Below, one piece after another: positions 14,276 to 29,586 of a stretch of 64,000 nt of DNA. The stretch spans positions 2,670,488 through 2,734,487 of the forward strand of contig NW_003526945.1 of the NCBI RefSeq assembly GCF_000181795.1, in the 5' to 3' direction. Within the stretch, counting starts at the first letter, position 1; each line of letters begins with the position of its first letter. The DNA is from Trichinella spiralis (Eukaryota). Both the position numbers and the translations under genes were made by a program. The notes under the pieces were generated by a model. It made no database searches. It was not told the origin of the DNA and saw only the letters and a list, made by a program, of their open reading frames with translations.

Positions 14276-17200
14276 ATTATCCCCTGGTTGTGCCCGCGCT
14301 GTCTGTCTGTCTGTGTGTCTTTATTCGCTGACTAAGCCATCACTTTTCCTCTGCCATTTTTTCATCTCTCAATTCATCTGTCGCTTTTCAATTTTCTTTT
14401 AACAATGTTCTTCAAATCCTCTCTTTCTGCACTTTCTTGTCTGAAACAAACAGTCAAAGTCTGTATATTAATTATATAAGGTATGTGTAATAATTTCTTT
14501 GTCAAAACAACACAAACGCAATGTTGGTTGGCTGGCTAACTTGGGAAAAAAAGTCGACGCGATTGCATCATAGGTATGTATTATACCTAGTTGTGTGTAT
14601 ATATATATGTGTGTGTGTGTGTGTGTGCGTGCGTGCAAGGGGGGAGGGGGGAAAAGTTGAACGCTGAACCAGCCAACCAACCAACCACTGGATCGATAAA
14701 GGATATAACCGCGTTCACTGCATACGTGCACTGATTTCTTCTAATCGTCCCAGTGGAGATATTACTGCTTTTAAAAACATTGGAAACGGTTTGACGATTG
14801 AAATCAATAGCGCATTTATTTCAGCAACCGTGGAGGCAATGACCGAGGGGGAAAACGAAACTGAATTGTAAACTCATCATGGTTGAAGAGGTGTGTTCTC
14901 TTTGAAATTGCCGTTCTCTGCAGCACAGTACAACACGCTGGTCGAAATTCCAAATGTAATCCACCTCCCCCCCCCATCGCCCCAAACTTGTTCCCCGTTG
15001 AATTGCAGCATCCAAGTAGAAATGAAAAAAAAAATTTAAATTTTGTTCACCGAAAACGAAATGCCGTGCTTTTCATTCAACTGTATATTCTTTATTTATT
15101 CGATGTTTTTGGTTGGTAATAGTGGATGATTTTTCAGAAAAAAGAAACAAACTAAAAATAATATGCTTGTGCTGAGATTGATTGAGTGCTGAATCTGCAA
15201 CGTTCTACTGTCAGTTTGGGAGAACAGTTGTGACCGTTGTCATTCACTGTTCAAATGTTCACTTAATTGAAATCTTTGTTGATCATGAGGATTTTTCTTC
15301 TCATTCATTCATTCAGATTTTCCCTCACCGCACGATATCGTTGTGGAACATCATCTGAACCACAGCAACTCGAATATAATGAGCGCATCACATGCTGCGC
15401 GCAATCGCTATCTCCGTACCTGCGTGTGTGTATGTGTGCGAGTTTTAATTAATCAGTTCCTAATTTGCTGTATTGACATGCACAGTTTTATTTCATCGGC
15501 TTGTTGTTGTTACGTGCATACTGCGTATGATTGAATTCATTCTTCAAATCAACAAGTACATAATAATTCATCAGTATCGTTTCATATTACCGACAATCTG
15601 ACAATATTGACAACATATCAGAGGAAAAATATGAGGAAAACATTATTTTTTCTTTATTTCAAAAGGAAAGAAAGAAAAAATTTTTCTCCACATTAATTGT
15701 AGAATCAGGAAGTGGGAAAAATTGCAAATATATATATATATATATATATATAAGCTTTTCAATGCTCACTGTTCAGTGAAGACAGAAGAGATTTTTGTAA
15801 ATTAATTAATTAATTAATTATTATTATTACTATTATTATTATTATTATTATTTACACTCATTAATGCTTGGCTTAGCATTGGAAGAACTATTTCACTGTC
15901 GACGATTCCTGCAGAAAATTATTATTCCAATTTCTGCAATGCCTGTAACGAACCATCATTCCATATGGAACAAAGTGGCAAAATTTGACAATGCAACAAC
16001 TCTCTGCCTACTTGCAAGCAAACAAACAAACATCAATACCACTTACCGCAGTTTGCGTTTAGGCAAGACTTTTTGCCGTCAATCTCGTTCGTCAGCTACA
16101 CAATGACAGGATTTGGTTATTTTTTGAGCACAATTTTAAAAGCAAATTATCAAATAAAAAACGTTTTTCAATTTTTTCACCGAAACGGAAAACCAAATAT
16201 CTTTGAACAATCTTATTTATTTATTTATTTATTTATTTATTAAGCGGATGGGAGGGATGTAATTGGAAAAATTGAAATTTCACTCTCTGCTTGTGCAAGT
16301 TGTGAAAAAAAATATTCAGGGGAACTTTTTAATTTCAAAAAAAAACGAACAATACTTTGCTTACCAAAACCGTCTTCGTAGCTTTCTTTTTTCTTGGTCT
16401 TGATGATGATGATGATGTCTGATGACGTGCTTAACGGACCTACCTTTCCTGCTTTGTGTCGGTGAAGCTTCTTCTTTCGAGGCTTTCAATTTTGTGACGA
16501 TGCCAATGCGGTAATTTTCTAGTCTGTAATAAAGGAAAATAAAAAGACTATTTGAAAAAGCTTGGCAATTGTTTTTCAAACCATTAAATCGTGTTTACGA
16601 GTGGATAAAATTGTGAAAAGAAATTATTCATCATCAATGCCTGGTGTTTGCAGCTTGTTTAACAACTGACACGACAGAGTGAAGCATTTGTTCAAGTTTA
16701 TGGATGTTGTTGAAAAGCCATTTCACAATTACTTTTTACTTTTTATCCTGAAAACGAACAGCGTCAATTTGCTTCGTTCCACTGATATGCTTGCTCTAAG
16801 ACGAATGACTGCAACTAAGCAGCTTGTCCCGATACTGCAAGTAGATTAGCCGACCAACTAACCAGCATAACAATGTTAACAGTCAACGTTAACTAATGAA
16901 CAAGTACTGTTTCTTCTCCCCCCCCCCTCTCCCCCTCTCCCCCTCAGCCTCCTCCCCCCTTCCCCCACTCCTTCTTTTCTTTTCTTGAAACAATTGACAC
17001 CACCGGATCGAACAGAAATTGCCATCTGATATTTTTTTAATACGTCACATATTTATTTGATTTGCATACATTTTTTCCTAATGATTAAATTGCATCAATC
17101 TTAATGAATATATAGAAATTTGTTTACAATAACTGTTGAGCAATAGAATTGGAATTCGAGTTCTTTTGCAAATATGATGAATGAATGAAATGGAATGGAA

Positions 17201-20200
17201 TGGAATGAAATGAAATGAAATATTGCCTTTTTTCCAACTCTAAGCTACAACGTGTAAAATTGATTGTGTCACGTTTAATATTTCTTTGTCTCTCTGTATG
17301 TGTGTGTGTGTGTGTGTGTGGATTTTTTTCATTTTTTAATTCTCCTGAGCGCAGTTTAATTAAAAGAAGTGAAGCAAAAACTGTTGCCAGCTTAGCAGGA
17401 CAAGATCAGCCGCTGTTCTCACGTTTCGCTTTTTACGCGTTCATTTTTATATTTCCAACATCAGATATACTGTGCTTTAATATTGTAATAGATAAAATCA
17501 ATTTTCTCAAAAAAATTTAAATGGAGTTTTTTAAACAATTACATTGTTCTTTTTTGTTTGCTTTTAAATTATCTTCACCTGGTGATTGATAATTCACTGT
17601 TAGAGATTAGGTTAAATAATGGCAACAGCAATGATAATAATAATAATAATAGTGGTTTGGTAATCAATGTAAATATGCAAATTCTGTGCAAACACAACCT
17701 GAGCATTCAGAAAAACAATATTTATTGCTTAATTTAGTTGAAAATAGCCGATTACAATGCTACATAAGCTAGCAACATCTTTGCTAAATTAACAAAGTAG
17801 TAATGTTGTTGTTGTTATTAATATTTCCGTTATCGTAATCAATATTATTATGGGAGTTCTTACTTTGAATTTTCTGTTCAAAAATTTTGCCAGAGGTTGA
17901 ATAGTCGTGTCAGGCGATTCGATTATACCAAAAACACTGCACTTGTGCTATTTGTTTATTCGCTAGAAGGAAGCTAAGCTAGGAAAAGTCTAAAATCTAA
18001 TTATTATTATTATTATTATTATTATCTGGTGAAGTTCAACAAAAAAGAAACCAACTTTTGCTTATTGATCACTGCTTACAAAAATATCCATGCAGGTATA
18101 TAATGTAAATAAATAAATAAATAAATAAATAAATGTGTGTGTATGTGTAATGAAGCTAACTTGCGTGTTTGCATTCACGTTCGCCCTGTGTGATATGGTA
18201 AAAAGCACATTCAGCTTGAACAATTTGATCAGACTGCTTGCTGGTTGTGAAATGCGTAAAGGTTAAAAAAGATTCCCCGAGTCTGTTTGAAGATTAAAAT
18301 GATCGCCATTAACGGCAATCAACGTTCGCCATGGGATAATCTTTAAGGCATTTTCGATAATGCGAAGCGTTTAACAGCATTTTCACTGCAACGTGAAAGA
18401 GAATTAAATCGCTTTTTTTGGAACATGAAGACGAACAATTACACAGCGACTTTTGAGATGTTTTTTCTGTTTTTTCTCATTCGTTGAAAATATGGAACTA
18501 TTGACGAATCAGGAAACATTTTGAATTTTGTGCCACCAAAGAAGTGAAAAATAACTAAATGCATGGCAAGAAAAAAAAATATTCTGGTAGAAAAAATTAT
18601 TTTTGGTAACCAATTTTAATAATTGCTTTTGAAAAGAAAATTAACGAGAAGGAAGATACGACCATATAACTAAATTAAGGAAAGGAACTGAAAATGAAAT
18701 TATATAAATTATCGATTGAATATGATAATCGTTGCTGGCGGTGCAAACGTCGACAATGACAACGTATGAGCTTGTCGTTGGGCTGTTGTTGATATGGCTG
18801 CTTGATGTTTTTTGAGTATTATTATTATTTTATTTTACTACCCGCCGTTTTATTGTTTGTTAAGCAAGAGTGAAAATCAGTGATACTATTGCACATTTTT
18901 CGTTCATTTTCATTCAACTAGTATTGATTTTTCTGGCTTGGAAAAGGAAAAAACAAAAATTAAAATAATAACGGCACAAAAGAACAGCTATTTAGTTGAC
19001 GACGAGAGTGGAAAATGGCGCTTTTCAAATTCGAGTGAGAGCGGATTTTTTTTTTCATCTTTTGCTAATGCCTCTCTGCATTCTTCTTGGATTGCGTGAA
19101 GCCTGAGAAATCAGTTTTCCATTTTTGAATGAAAGTAAAAAATTGAAAGAAAAAAATAATGCAAAATTACAAGAAACCCAAGAAAATTGATGTCATCGAT
19201 TTTTGCTTTCAAAATTGATTATTAGGCTAAAATTGGTCAGCTACTGTATTTGTTTTTATTGTGCACAACAGCACAAGCCGTAGTTGGAAAGTTGTATTGT
19301 AAAAAGGGAGAGTTGAATGGGGGAAAAAGAAACTGTACTGATCTTCTACATTGCACTGCTCAATGCTATGCAAATTGATTGATGACATTTATTATATTTA
19401 TTATATGCGCTACAGTAGTCATAGTAGTGGGTCGTTTTCAGCAACATGGCCTGACAGTATGTTTTCAGTTTGAAATTTTGTCGTACATTATTACAACAAG
19501 TTTAATTTTCTCATGAATTGTGAGCAACTTATATTATTGTTGACAGCTAACAAAGATTAAAGTGTCAAAATTGAACCATAATCATAATACCATTTTCTAT
19601 CTCTGTTTTACATCTCTTTACCACCAAGTGAGTTAGTGTACAGTTGTGTGATGATTCAGTTGCTTTGTTTATTTGGTATCAGTTATTTATTTTCACTCAG
19701 ATGGGAAATGGACTGCCCACTTGGGAAATATTTTAACCATCACTGGTGCAATATTCGATTGGTTGATTAAGAAACGCTATCTTATATCAGCAAAGTTGGG
19801 TTTCAATAAAATCCTTTCAGCTGAAAGTTCGCATATTGCCTGTTTGGCATTTTCCACGCCTTTGCGCCTTTCCCCAGAGAACTGACAAAATGCATCCAGG
19901 TGTACATTTATATTGGTCGTTATCCCATAAACTCATTTTGGAATTTCTTTTTCACTAAAATTTCAACTTGCCTTTCACACACGTCTTCATTTGCTTTCTT
20001 TCCGTTGAACAATAATATTTGACGTTGAATTGATTCACTTACATTATGTAAATTTCCTCTCTTATCTTGCAATCGAATCTTTTATCTTTTCAAATAATTC
20101 TCCAACGTCATCACAAATTTGCCGATGTGCATGCATGCTTTTGAAGAACAATGTGCTTCTGAACAAATAAGATAAACCCAAAACTGAACGCCACATTGAT

Positions 20201-23200
20201 GAACTTTAAGTAAACAAAAATCTACTAATAATTAATTGATTACCATCACTACAGTAGCGGTATACAAATGATTGCCAAGGTATGAGTGTAAAATTTGGCT
20301 ACAGACTGATTAAATAATGATATACATTTGTATGTGGAAAAGGGTTTTTCAACTGTTATTACCTTGATTCATAATTTGTCAATAAGCGATGAAAATTTTT
20401 CATTTGCCCAGTTGGAATTTAAGCAGTAAATTCTACATACTGAAAGGGGTCGAGTATACGTGTATTTTTTTTCTAATTTTATTTTTCAAATGGTCAAATG
20501 ATGGATGGTATTGGAAAACGTTGTGAATATGTTCATCAACGAGGAAAATTCCAACGCTCAATCCGGTACGTACTGCTGAGAATTGTACATTTGATATAAT
20601 ATTTGAAAGTCAGCTAGATGTGAATTCAGTGCAATTGATATTGGCTGATGCAAGCTGACCATTTGAGTATACGGCAATGATGCGTGTGTGTGTGTGTGTG
20701 TGATAGAGCGATGAGAATGTTGGAGATAATCAATGGTTTCAGAAATGAAACGCAAATCGAGGCATTGTGTGTGTAATTGGTTGGCGGAATATTCAAAACT
20801 GCCTCAACCGACAAAACGTTGTTGCAACACAAACTTATTCGCAGCGATGATGGCTGTAGCTAGCGCTTGCTTATAACAGATCAGATTGATGTTCTTATTT
20901 TGCGCTGATTTTCAGATCGCACGCATTAACAATCAATTTTCAGCATTATCAACCGGCCAATGGAACTTTGGCCAATCGTCAAAAGTTAAGCCTGGGTGGC
21001 GGCTAATTTTATAATTTGGCTTGTTTATTTTTACCTTTAACGAGCTTGTCAAATTTTCCCTTTTGTCAAACAAAATTACAATCAATTAATACCTGCCGCA
21101 CTCGGTTGCACTTTATTTGCTGATCAAAAACCGATTGAAATGAACTGATTAAAAAAAAGGAAAGCTTAATAATAATAATAAGAATAATAATAATAATCAG
21201 TTTGTCACCAGGGGCTTTCATTTCAGCAATTTCTTCTCTCTTCCACTAAAGTTGGTTGATCACAAAAAGAAAAAAATTGAACAAGCACATCAAAAAACTG
21301 CACTGTATTAAAATTAATAAATTTGCCATTTTATACAGTAAAGGATGGTGTTCTTTTTTTAAAAATATTCCTCTTTTTATCATGAAAAGATTTTTTGCAA
21401 AAGGATCTTTGTATGCACGCTCATTTGAGTGGATCAGATTTTTCAGAAGATTAGAAAATTTGCAAAGAATAACATTTGTCGCGTAAAATCATTTTAGCAT
21501 TTCGAAACTGATTCAGCGGAAATTGCAATAAACCACTCAACTAGTGGAAGAGTTCGCTTGCTATACAAACGATATACTACGAAACTTCTCTGTCCACACG
21601 GCTTATCACTGCGTTTGCATGATGCATGTACACTCATTGAACAACAAAACTTGACAGTATTGGATTTTATTTAAATTTCTGTTCCACTTAAAAAATTTAC
21701 TCTCTTTTTGTCGTGTTGAATGTTTTTTGTTTTTCGATACACGGCATTCGATGGTTAATTTCTCCAGAATGTGTTCAAATAAATCTTTCATCAAAAAGTG
21801 ATCATAAAAATTTTTAAATTTCACATCTACTGTTGTGCGGCAATTTAAGCATTCACATTTACACAAAACAACGCAATTATTTATTATTACCTGGTTGACT
21901 TTTGTAGCGCGTTTGCTACAATTTTTCCGATGACCGTCGTCAGTCCAACAACAGTGATCGTTGCAATCAATAGGTGCGGTACCAAGAACAGTGTAAACTG
22001 TTTTACTGTGTCTCAGTGAGAGGGCGATTCAAATTTTTTTCTTTTCCAATTCCTGGTAGCTTATTATCATAAAAAAAGGGAAATCCATCAAAAAAATAGT
22101 GCTTTTGCCAGAGTTTTGACGACGACCACAGTCCAACGGTGGTAAAGGGGAAGAATTATGCAAGTTTTGCCGATTGGTTGCCTGTCGATGATTCACAGCT
22201 ATTTTGCTGCACTACTTTGATTGGTAGGTAATTCCAGTCTTTTTCCGTGACTGCTTCTCCATTAATCGCTCAAATTGCCTTTTATTTCAATTTATATAAA
22301 ATTGCAACTTGGCACCAACTTGAAATATATGAACGTTGACAGAGTGCAGCTTTGAATCGCCTGGAAGCTTGAAGAATTGGACATTTCGTGGCGTAAACGT
22401 GTGCATAGGTTATGCGTGATGTTTATTGGCTCAGCCTTTCCCATTGGAACGCTTGCCAAGAGCTCGGGTATGGCTTGATTGCGACACGTTAGCGTTAAAC
22501 AGTGCTGACGTTTGCCTGAAATTTCCCCAACTGAAAAGAAAATGTTCAACAAATGATTCTATGAAAAATATTTCACATTATCATTTACCAGATGTTCATT
22601 ATCATTGCCGACCGAATCTGAAACATGCATGATCCAAACAACCAATGATGATGATAGATAGAGAAAAGCACGGCAACACAGAGAGATGCATTCATTTTTA
22701 TTTGATCAAGCGATTGCAAGCCACGTTTGTCCCCAGGCTTTGTCGACCAAAAAATGACAAGTAAAGAAGTTGCACTGTTGTCTGACGCAGAAGTAGTTCA
22801 AGATGATATGTTTGAAACTTTTTGAATATTTTTTTTGGTGGGGAAAATTAGCTGTAAATTTATTTAACTGTAAAATTTACTTTGTGATGAAATTTTACTT
22901 TCATTTCAATTGTCTGTCAGTGAGCTCAACAAAATTCAACTATAAAATGAATTTCCAACATCGACATTGAGGGAATTCAAGGATTCTGTCTGCATCTTTG
23001 CAAAATATTTTGCGTCTATTTCTTCCGTAACAGTTTCTTTTTTCTATTTATTTAAAATCAGATATGATTTTTCAATATTATGCTTTTTATTTTCTTTATA
23101 TTTATTGTTCAGCAGTGAGTTTTAATTTTTGCTTCCATGCCAACGTTGATCAGTGGATGGACAGTGGGTTTCAGACTTTGTTTGCTGTTAACAAACTTAA

Positions 23201-24155
23201 CAGCTGATTTGTATCCGACTATCAATTTTCAGCAATTCACATCTTTTGGGCTTTTATAATTTTCATGAACTTGCTCACCACAGGCTATATGTTATTGATT
23301 CACGCATTTAAAGCTGTTGTACTGAAATTGAAATTAATTGATTCTATCCTACTTGGCAAAACATTTTTCTGTAAGCTAATATTCTTAAAACACTCTTCGT
23401 AAACAATAATCTAATTCATTTAATTAAAAATATTGCTCTGATTCTCTTGGACCTTCTTCGATATTTCACCTTGTTGATGATGGGTTTCCTTTTTAATGGA
23501 GCATTTCAATGTCCATTTTTTAGCAGAAGCAAATCGTTTTCCCATCTTCAAAGAAAGCATTATTTTTATAAGTACTTTTTCTTTTTTTTATAAGTAAAAT
23601 GATTACAAAAGCAGCCTGTCATTTCAAAAGGCTAATAGCTTGAAATTATATTATAAATATTATTGATTTACTTTAAATGGCATGCGTTGCATTTCTTCAA
23701 ACCCCATTGTTCATTACAATAATAATTACCATTATTATTAGCATTCATTCAAAAATAGCACTTATTCTCATCGCATGTATTTCTTCTTTTCTTTTTTCTC
23801 TTTTTCAATAATCTTAATGTCATCAAAATTATACCTTTTTATTGTTAAATTGGGTTTTTCTTTTTTTGCATAGTTTAATTTTTTTCTGTTTTACTTTTTG
23901 AAATTTTTGCTTAAAAACAAGACCTTTAAACATGTCAGCATCAATCTTGCAATGTTAATTTAAAACAATACGCAAAATTACATTTATGAAATGTTATTAA
24001 TGTAATTACAAGTCATACTTTGCAGCGAATTTATCCTTAATATAAACTTGTCACATGGTTTATTAATGATACCTTTTCTTACATCAAATGCATATACGCT
24101 TAAAAGTCGCAGTGGTGCAGAGTGTAAAATTAAAATTTAAAATTCAGAATTAACA

Positions 24156-24157
<2 letters not shown>

Positions 24158-24187
<30 letters not shown>

Positions 24188-24219
24188 GTAGTAGTAGTAG
24201 TAGTAGTAGNNNNNNNNNN
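24158..24219. repeat. Compound (TTA)n(GTA)n microsatellite running into a 10-N assembly gap (24210-24219)
   Basis: Read directly. Contiguity across the gap is not guaranteed. Confidence 0.95.
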
Positions 24220-24964
24220 ACAAACAAGCAATTCTGTCAAATATCTTATTAAATAATCAATTAAAAATATTTCATAGTATCTGTTTATTGCCCGATATTG
24301 TTTCCATTTATGAAGAAAGAATTCTTTAATACATTGCACTACCCCAGAGGCAAACCTTTTATTTAACTTAGGAACTATGAATGTTTTCACTAGCAAAGAG
24401 GAATTTATTTTAAAAGGAGTTGTTCCTGATTTTCATTTGTGCAACCCACTTTTTAAATTAAAATCTACTGTCGACTGAAAGTTTTGATTTTGTACAGCTG
24501 AGAAATAGGAATTATCGAAAAGTATCATATTGTCTGTGGCTTCTCATTCGGAATGCATCTTTACTAGACGTTCAAATACATTACACATGATTAAAATCGG
24601 TTACAGCTTAGTTGAAAATTGCAGATGTGCAACTTTCCCATGTATAAAAAATTACATAATACTTTCTTGTAAAAAAGTGCAACATATGAAGTAGAAGTTA
24701 AATTTCACGGTACTTAGCTTCATCGGTCGCTATATTATAATCTTTTACTTTCACTTATCAATAAATGACAATATTTCTAGGGTGAATATTGCATATGAAG
24801 GATTTGAAAACTGCTGTTGAACATGTTGTAAGGGGCGTCACAGAACTGCAAGAAAATGATGCGATGAGTTGTGCGGTATTGCCGACTGCTGTTGTACAAA
24901 TCGATATTCGATGACGGTTGTTGGTTGTAAAATTCTATTCCCACACGGCGTACTCCAAATTTCA

Positions 24965-27892
24965 CTAGTCTGATTCGACGTAAAAGACTTCGATCTGATT
25001 GATTTTCAAAAGAATAATAATAATAATAAATTTTCAAATAATACAAAATTCAAAAGATTTGAAAAGTGAAAAGAACAATAACAATAATAATAATAATAAA
25101 TGTTGCTTACCAAGCCGTCCGCTTTTGCGATGGCCAGTTTTTCTCCGTTGCGATTCCATGCCAATTCGTAGATTCGTTTTTGATCATCATTTTCAATCTC
25201 ATTTAACATCCCACCAACCTGAAAGTTTTTCTTTGCAAAAGGAAACAATAAAACAAAGCAATAAACTGCATATGTTGCACGCACTTTCACGTTCCACAAC
25301 ATTATCCTATTGTCCAATCCACTGGAGGCAAGAATATCAGAGCCCGGTCTGAATTCCAACGTACATATTGGACTAGTGTGAAACGAGAAAACGTACAAAA
25401 TTTCGCCTCGATTTACATTCCACACCCTAACCGACTGGTCAGAAGAGCCGCTGTGAAAATATACATGCAATTAAAAGTTGAATCCCAAAAAATATTTGAA
25501 CAAAAACCTTGCCAAAATTGCCCTGTCCGTGTCGTGCCAGCAGAGCACGTCCACTTCTGCAGTGTGACCACATAGTGAAAAGTCATACGTCTGGCTGTTC
25601 AGCCTCCAAATCTGAAAATGAATTATTAAAATAGATGTATGCATTAAATAAAGAACAAAAACCATAACAGTGAAAACTGTTTCAAAAACTTCACCCTGAC
25701 TAGTCGATCATCAGAACAACTTGCCATCATCTTGCCAGCGGGATCCCATCTGATCATGTTCACCCGCATTTGGTGACCTTCGAACGTGGACATTACAAAC
25801 GGATCCGTCGGCGAGCAGTGAAAAAGTGTTCCATTGTCAAAGCAAACGCTAAATGTACTGTCATCTTTCCAATCCGCGTCCGTCACGCTGGTGGAAAATG
25901 GTCCGTAATCTGCGTATATCTCGCCTGTACTGGCAGTCCAAATCACTATGATCTACAAAAAAAGAAAATCGACTTCTCTTGCCACGTCTGGTTATATCTC
26001 GCCCAACATCTCGTGCTGCTTTGTATTCCATTTTTTGAATAATCATAAATATGGTTGAAACAAAATTAAACTAATAAATCATCAATAAAACAATATATTG
26101 GAAGAAAGAGTGCCTTTCATTTTACAATTTTTGTTTGTTTCACTTTACGTTACAATGTTCTTGTAGAATTTTATATCCCAGATAGACAAGACGCATACTG
26201 ACCCCATTGGAACTTGCAGTCAGCAAATGCTTTCCATCCGTGCTCCACTTCAATAATAAAATGGAATGGGTCGGATGAGTGCAAGTGAACAAGAAAGATC
26301 CTATAATAAACCAAAATCAAACTGTGACAATGACATTGAAGCACATACACACAGACAGACACAAATTTATCCTTAGACCAAATAAATAACTGTAATGACA
26401 GAAAATGATTAATTACCATCTCGTTTCCAGATACAGAACTGTCCAGCTAGTCCCACTGAGGCCGCAGTGTCACCATCGGGCTACAAAATAATGCATAACA
26501 TACGGGTTTCAAACAAACAAGTAAATAATAGAAACTGCATTACACTCCACGCAACAAACGTCAAATCTGGCAACAGATGACGACAGTCTGTAACTTGGAG
26601 AGTCGTCAAATCTAAAGAAGCCAAAACACAGTTTTCATCAACGTTGGTAATGTCATTTTCCAAATTCCACAAGTGCACTATTTTGTCCACAGATCTGTTT
26701 AAATCAGAGTAAAGCATCAATCACACAGTGAAGCTCACAAAAATAAATAACAAAAACCCTGTAAGTAAGAAATCTTCTTTCGGATTCCAGGCACAATTAG
26801 AAACATCTGAATTATGGCCCACCTTGCTCAAAATTTTCAACACTTTTATACCCCATTTGCACGTGTTAATCGGTCGTATATCTGTAACTAAAATACAACT
26901 GCTTGCAATTTTGTTTCACCTCCAAAAAACAACCAGCCGACTGATTTCCTACTTTGCAACATATGATCAAACGGACTGTCACTTCGAGACGAATCAGTAT
27001 CCGGCGACAAGGCAACTTCAGACGGATGATACAGTGTAGCAGGCACTAGTTCCAACAAACTTCCCATCTAAACATGTGAAATAAATTTATGCATACATAA
27101 AATAATTTTCACAGTCAAACCTCTGGAATATCTCCATCTTGAACACACTTTTTGTGCAGCGCATCCATAAGTATCTCCATACTGCCGAAGCAAACGTACG
27201 GAAGTTCTGAATCAAGCGTAGAACACAACACTTGACTTTCCAATTCGAACTGCTTTGCAATTCTGTGCTGCCCTGGAAATGAAATGCAAATACAAAATAA
27301 AAATCCATCACGGCAGAGAAACAGCATAATTTTATCTTATTAACACAAATAATCTTGAACTTGCAAATGCTAGCTCATACATTTATTTTTATTATGATTA
27401 TTAATTAGCGCACGTTCACTTAGGCAGAATAAGAAAAACAGTCTTGTCTTGGTACAATTTCAAATGTTTTAGCATCACATAACAAATTTCTGTAATTTTT
27501 TTCGTAAAATTCAATAATATTCAAAACAATACTTTTGCAAAACAACTGAATATTGCATGTCCACCTTTTTTGAATCATTGATAATAAAGAACATCAATGA
27601 GAAAACACTTCAATTTTAACAATGCTATTAATTGATTAAAATTTAATTTTCAGCACCTTAATGTAAAAGAAAAAAGCATTAAATTTGTACGTGAAGGTGG
27701 GCGACAAATGAAACAACATCGACGCAATTATGTGCTTTGAAGTTCAATCACTTTACCTGTATCTTTCAAGAAACGCCAGACTAAGTAATGCAAATCTTCG
27801 GTTCGAATTGGCGATTCCATCCATAGTGTAGGAATACGCCTTCTAGAAGGAACAACAACTGGTTCAGGAACATTCGTTTCTTCTGTTTCCAT
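24965..27892 (-). CDS. Diverged TBL1/ebi-like LisH + WD40 protein, copy A (12 exons)
   Basis: Exon 1 METEE...EDLHYLVWRFLKDTG is LisH-like. WD40 exons GHNSDVSNCAWNPKEDFLLTGSVDKIVHLWNL, LKWSTDGKHLLTAS, VTDADWKDDSTFSVC, FEGHQMRVNMIRWDPAGKMMASCSDD and IYELAWNRNGEKLAIAKADG are collinear with TBL1X. The last exon reads IEVFYVESD*. All introns are GT-AG. Confidence 0.82.
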
Positions 27893-28815
27893 ACTGGCCT
27901 AACAACACTACGCAAGTGTACTTCACTTACTATTCAATACAACAGTTAACAGATTACAGCAATAAAATAAAATTGAAATCGTATTAAATAATTTAATAAT
28001 GAAAAAAGACAATTAAGTGCGCAGCGCTTCATCTAGACAACATAATAACTTGCCAATAAAAAGCCATGAAAGTACCATATTACAAATGTACGCTGTGAAA
28101 GATAAGTTATAATACAGTATAATAATTTCACAAAATTTATTTACTTAACAACTTTCATAACTAATTATCAATTAATTAGTAGATATCAGTTTTCAAGCAA
28201 ATAAAAAACTTTCGTCAACTTCGCAATTTCTAAATGAAACAAACATACAGTACAATTTTCAATAAAAAAAATTAAGTATAAATACAATGACAGTAAGGTA
28301 CAGCTTTTCAGAAAAGCATAAATCGAAAATTATACGGTTTAAAATTTTTTCATTGCAAAATTATTATCGTTATTTTAATGAATTTTCTCAATATTTTGCA
28401 TTTATTTCACATTGAGAAACAAACATTTGAAAAATATAGCACTACCGAGTGCTTGTTCCATTCTCTAGGCAATTATCAATTTGTGTCATTTGAATGTGTG
28501 CTTGTTTCCAAAACCAAACAAAAAGTAATAAATAAATAAATAAATAAACCACATCATATAATGGTTTGAGTCGAACAATATGCCAGTAAGGGAAAACGTC
28601 CAAACTGACCAGCCACCAAGTGATGTCGTATAACTGGTGTGTGAATACTCGACATTCTTGGAGGTCAGTATTGCTAGCAGCTAGGTTTACTAGGAAACGC
28701 ACCTGAGCCACGTTAAGCCATTTTTGTTTCGGTGAATGAAATTTTGTCAATTATGATTGCAGCTGAAAAAGCTTGTCCAGAGCTGCTGTCTTTTTACCAT
28801 ATATATATATTCAGT

Positions 28816-29035
28816 TGTTGATCTGTAAGAGCTGTACGAACTTTAGAATAGACTTTTACAGGTTCTCTCCAAGATAACGTGATCCTAACCGAACCTTAGG
28901 TACATTAAAGTTTATTCTCTTTAAATGGAGTATATATATTATTCTTCAACTCTTTTCTTCGTTCGTTGATAATAATGTTCGCCCTTGCCTCAATTTCTCT
29001 TCTCCTCTTTGAATCTTTACAAAACCTATACAACA
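28816..29035 (-). mobile_element. Candidate solo LTR (220 bp)
   Basis: Termini are TGTTG...CAACA, with flanking 5-mers TCAGT/ACAGT (4/5 match). A minus-strand TATA-like run (28931-28940) is followed by AATAAA (28916-28911). No PBS, PPT or gag/pol sequence was seen. Confidence 0.4.
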
Positions 29036-29586
29036 ACAGTGTGTCCTTTTAAATTTGATTAGTTTACAGTTAGCTTCAGTTTGTATTTCATAAACTAACT
29101 GTCCCATTTCTTCAAAACAATGGTGATCGCCGTGAATTTTCAACAAGCAATTTCTATATTGCACAACAAGTGATGATATACGTCAATTGTTCTTTGCAAC
29201 CGTTCAACTGGAAACTGTGATCAGATTGCTTGTTTGTTGAGTCGACGGACAAGGTCGACGCTTAAGCCAACTAATTAATGAACGCCAATTTCAATTTTTC
29301 AAACCTGTCATGAACAACACTGCTAAAATAACTGCACAACAGACAGTTGCAGTGTACTGTAAAAACTTTGGTAAATGAAAATTTAAATAAATTCATTTAT
29401 TAAATTCACTAGTTCATTTATTGAATGCACGCTTCAACAACGTCAGTCACGCAAAACAGTACTTCACATTTTCAATACGATAATCATCACCACAACGTAC
29501 GTGCATTGGAAAATTAACGGTTAATAAGAAAACTACAATACGACAATTCCAAATGACTAAGATTTGAAAGAAATAAACAGAAACAA

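Noticed and set aside
24130..24396. ORF with poly-Thr/poly-Asn tail
   Set aside because: It spans the N gap and translates a microsatellite.
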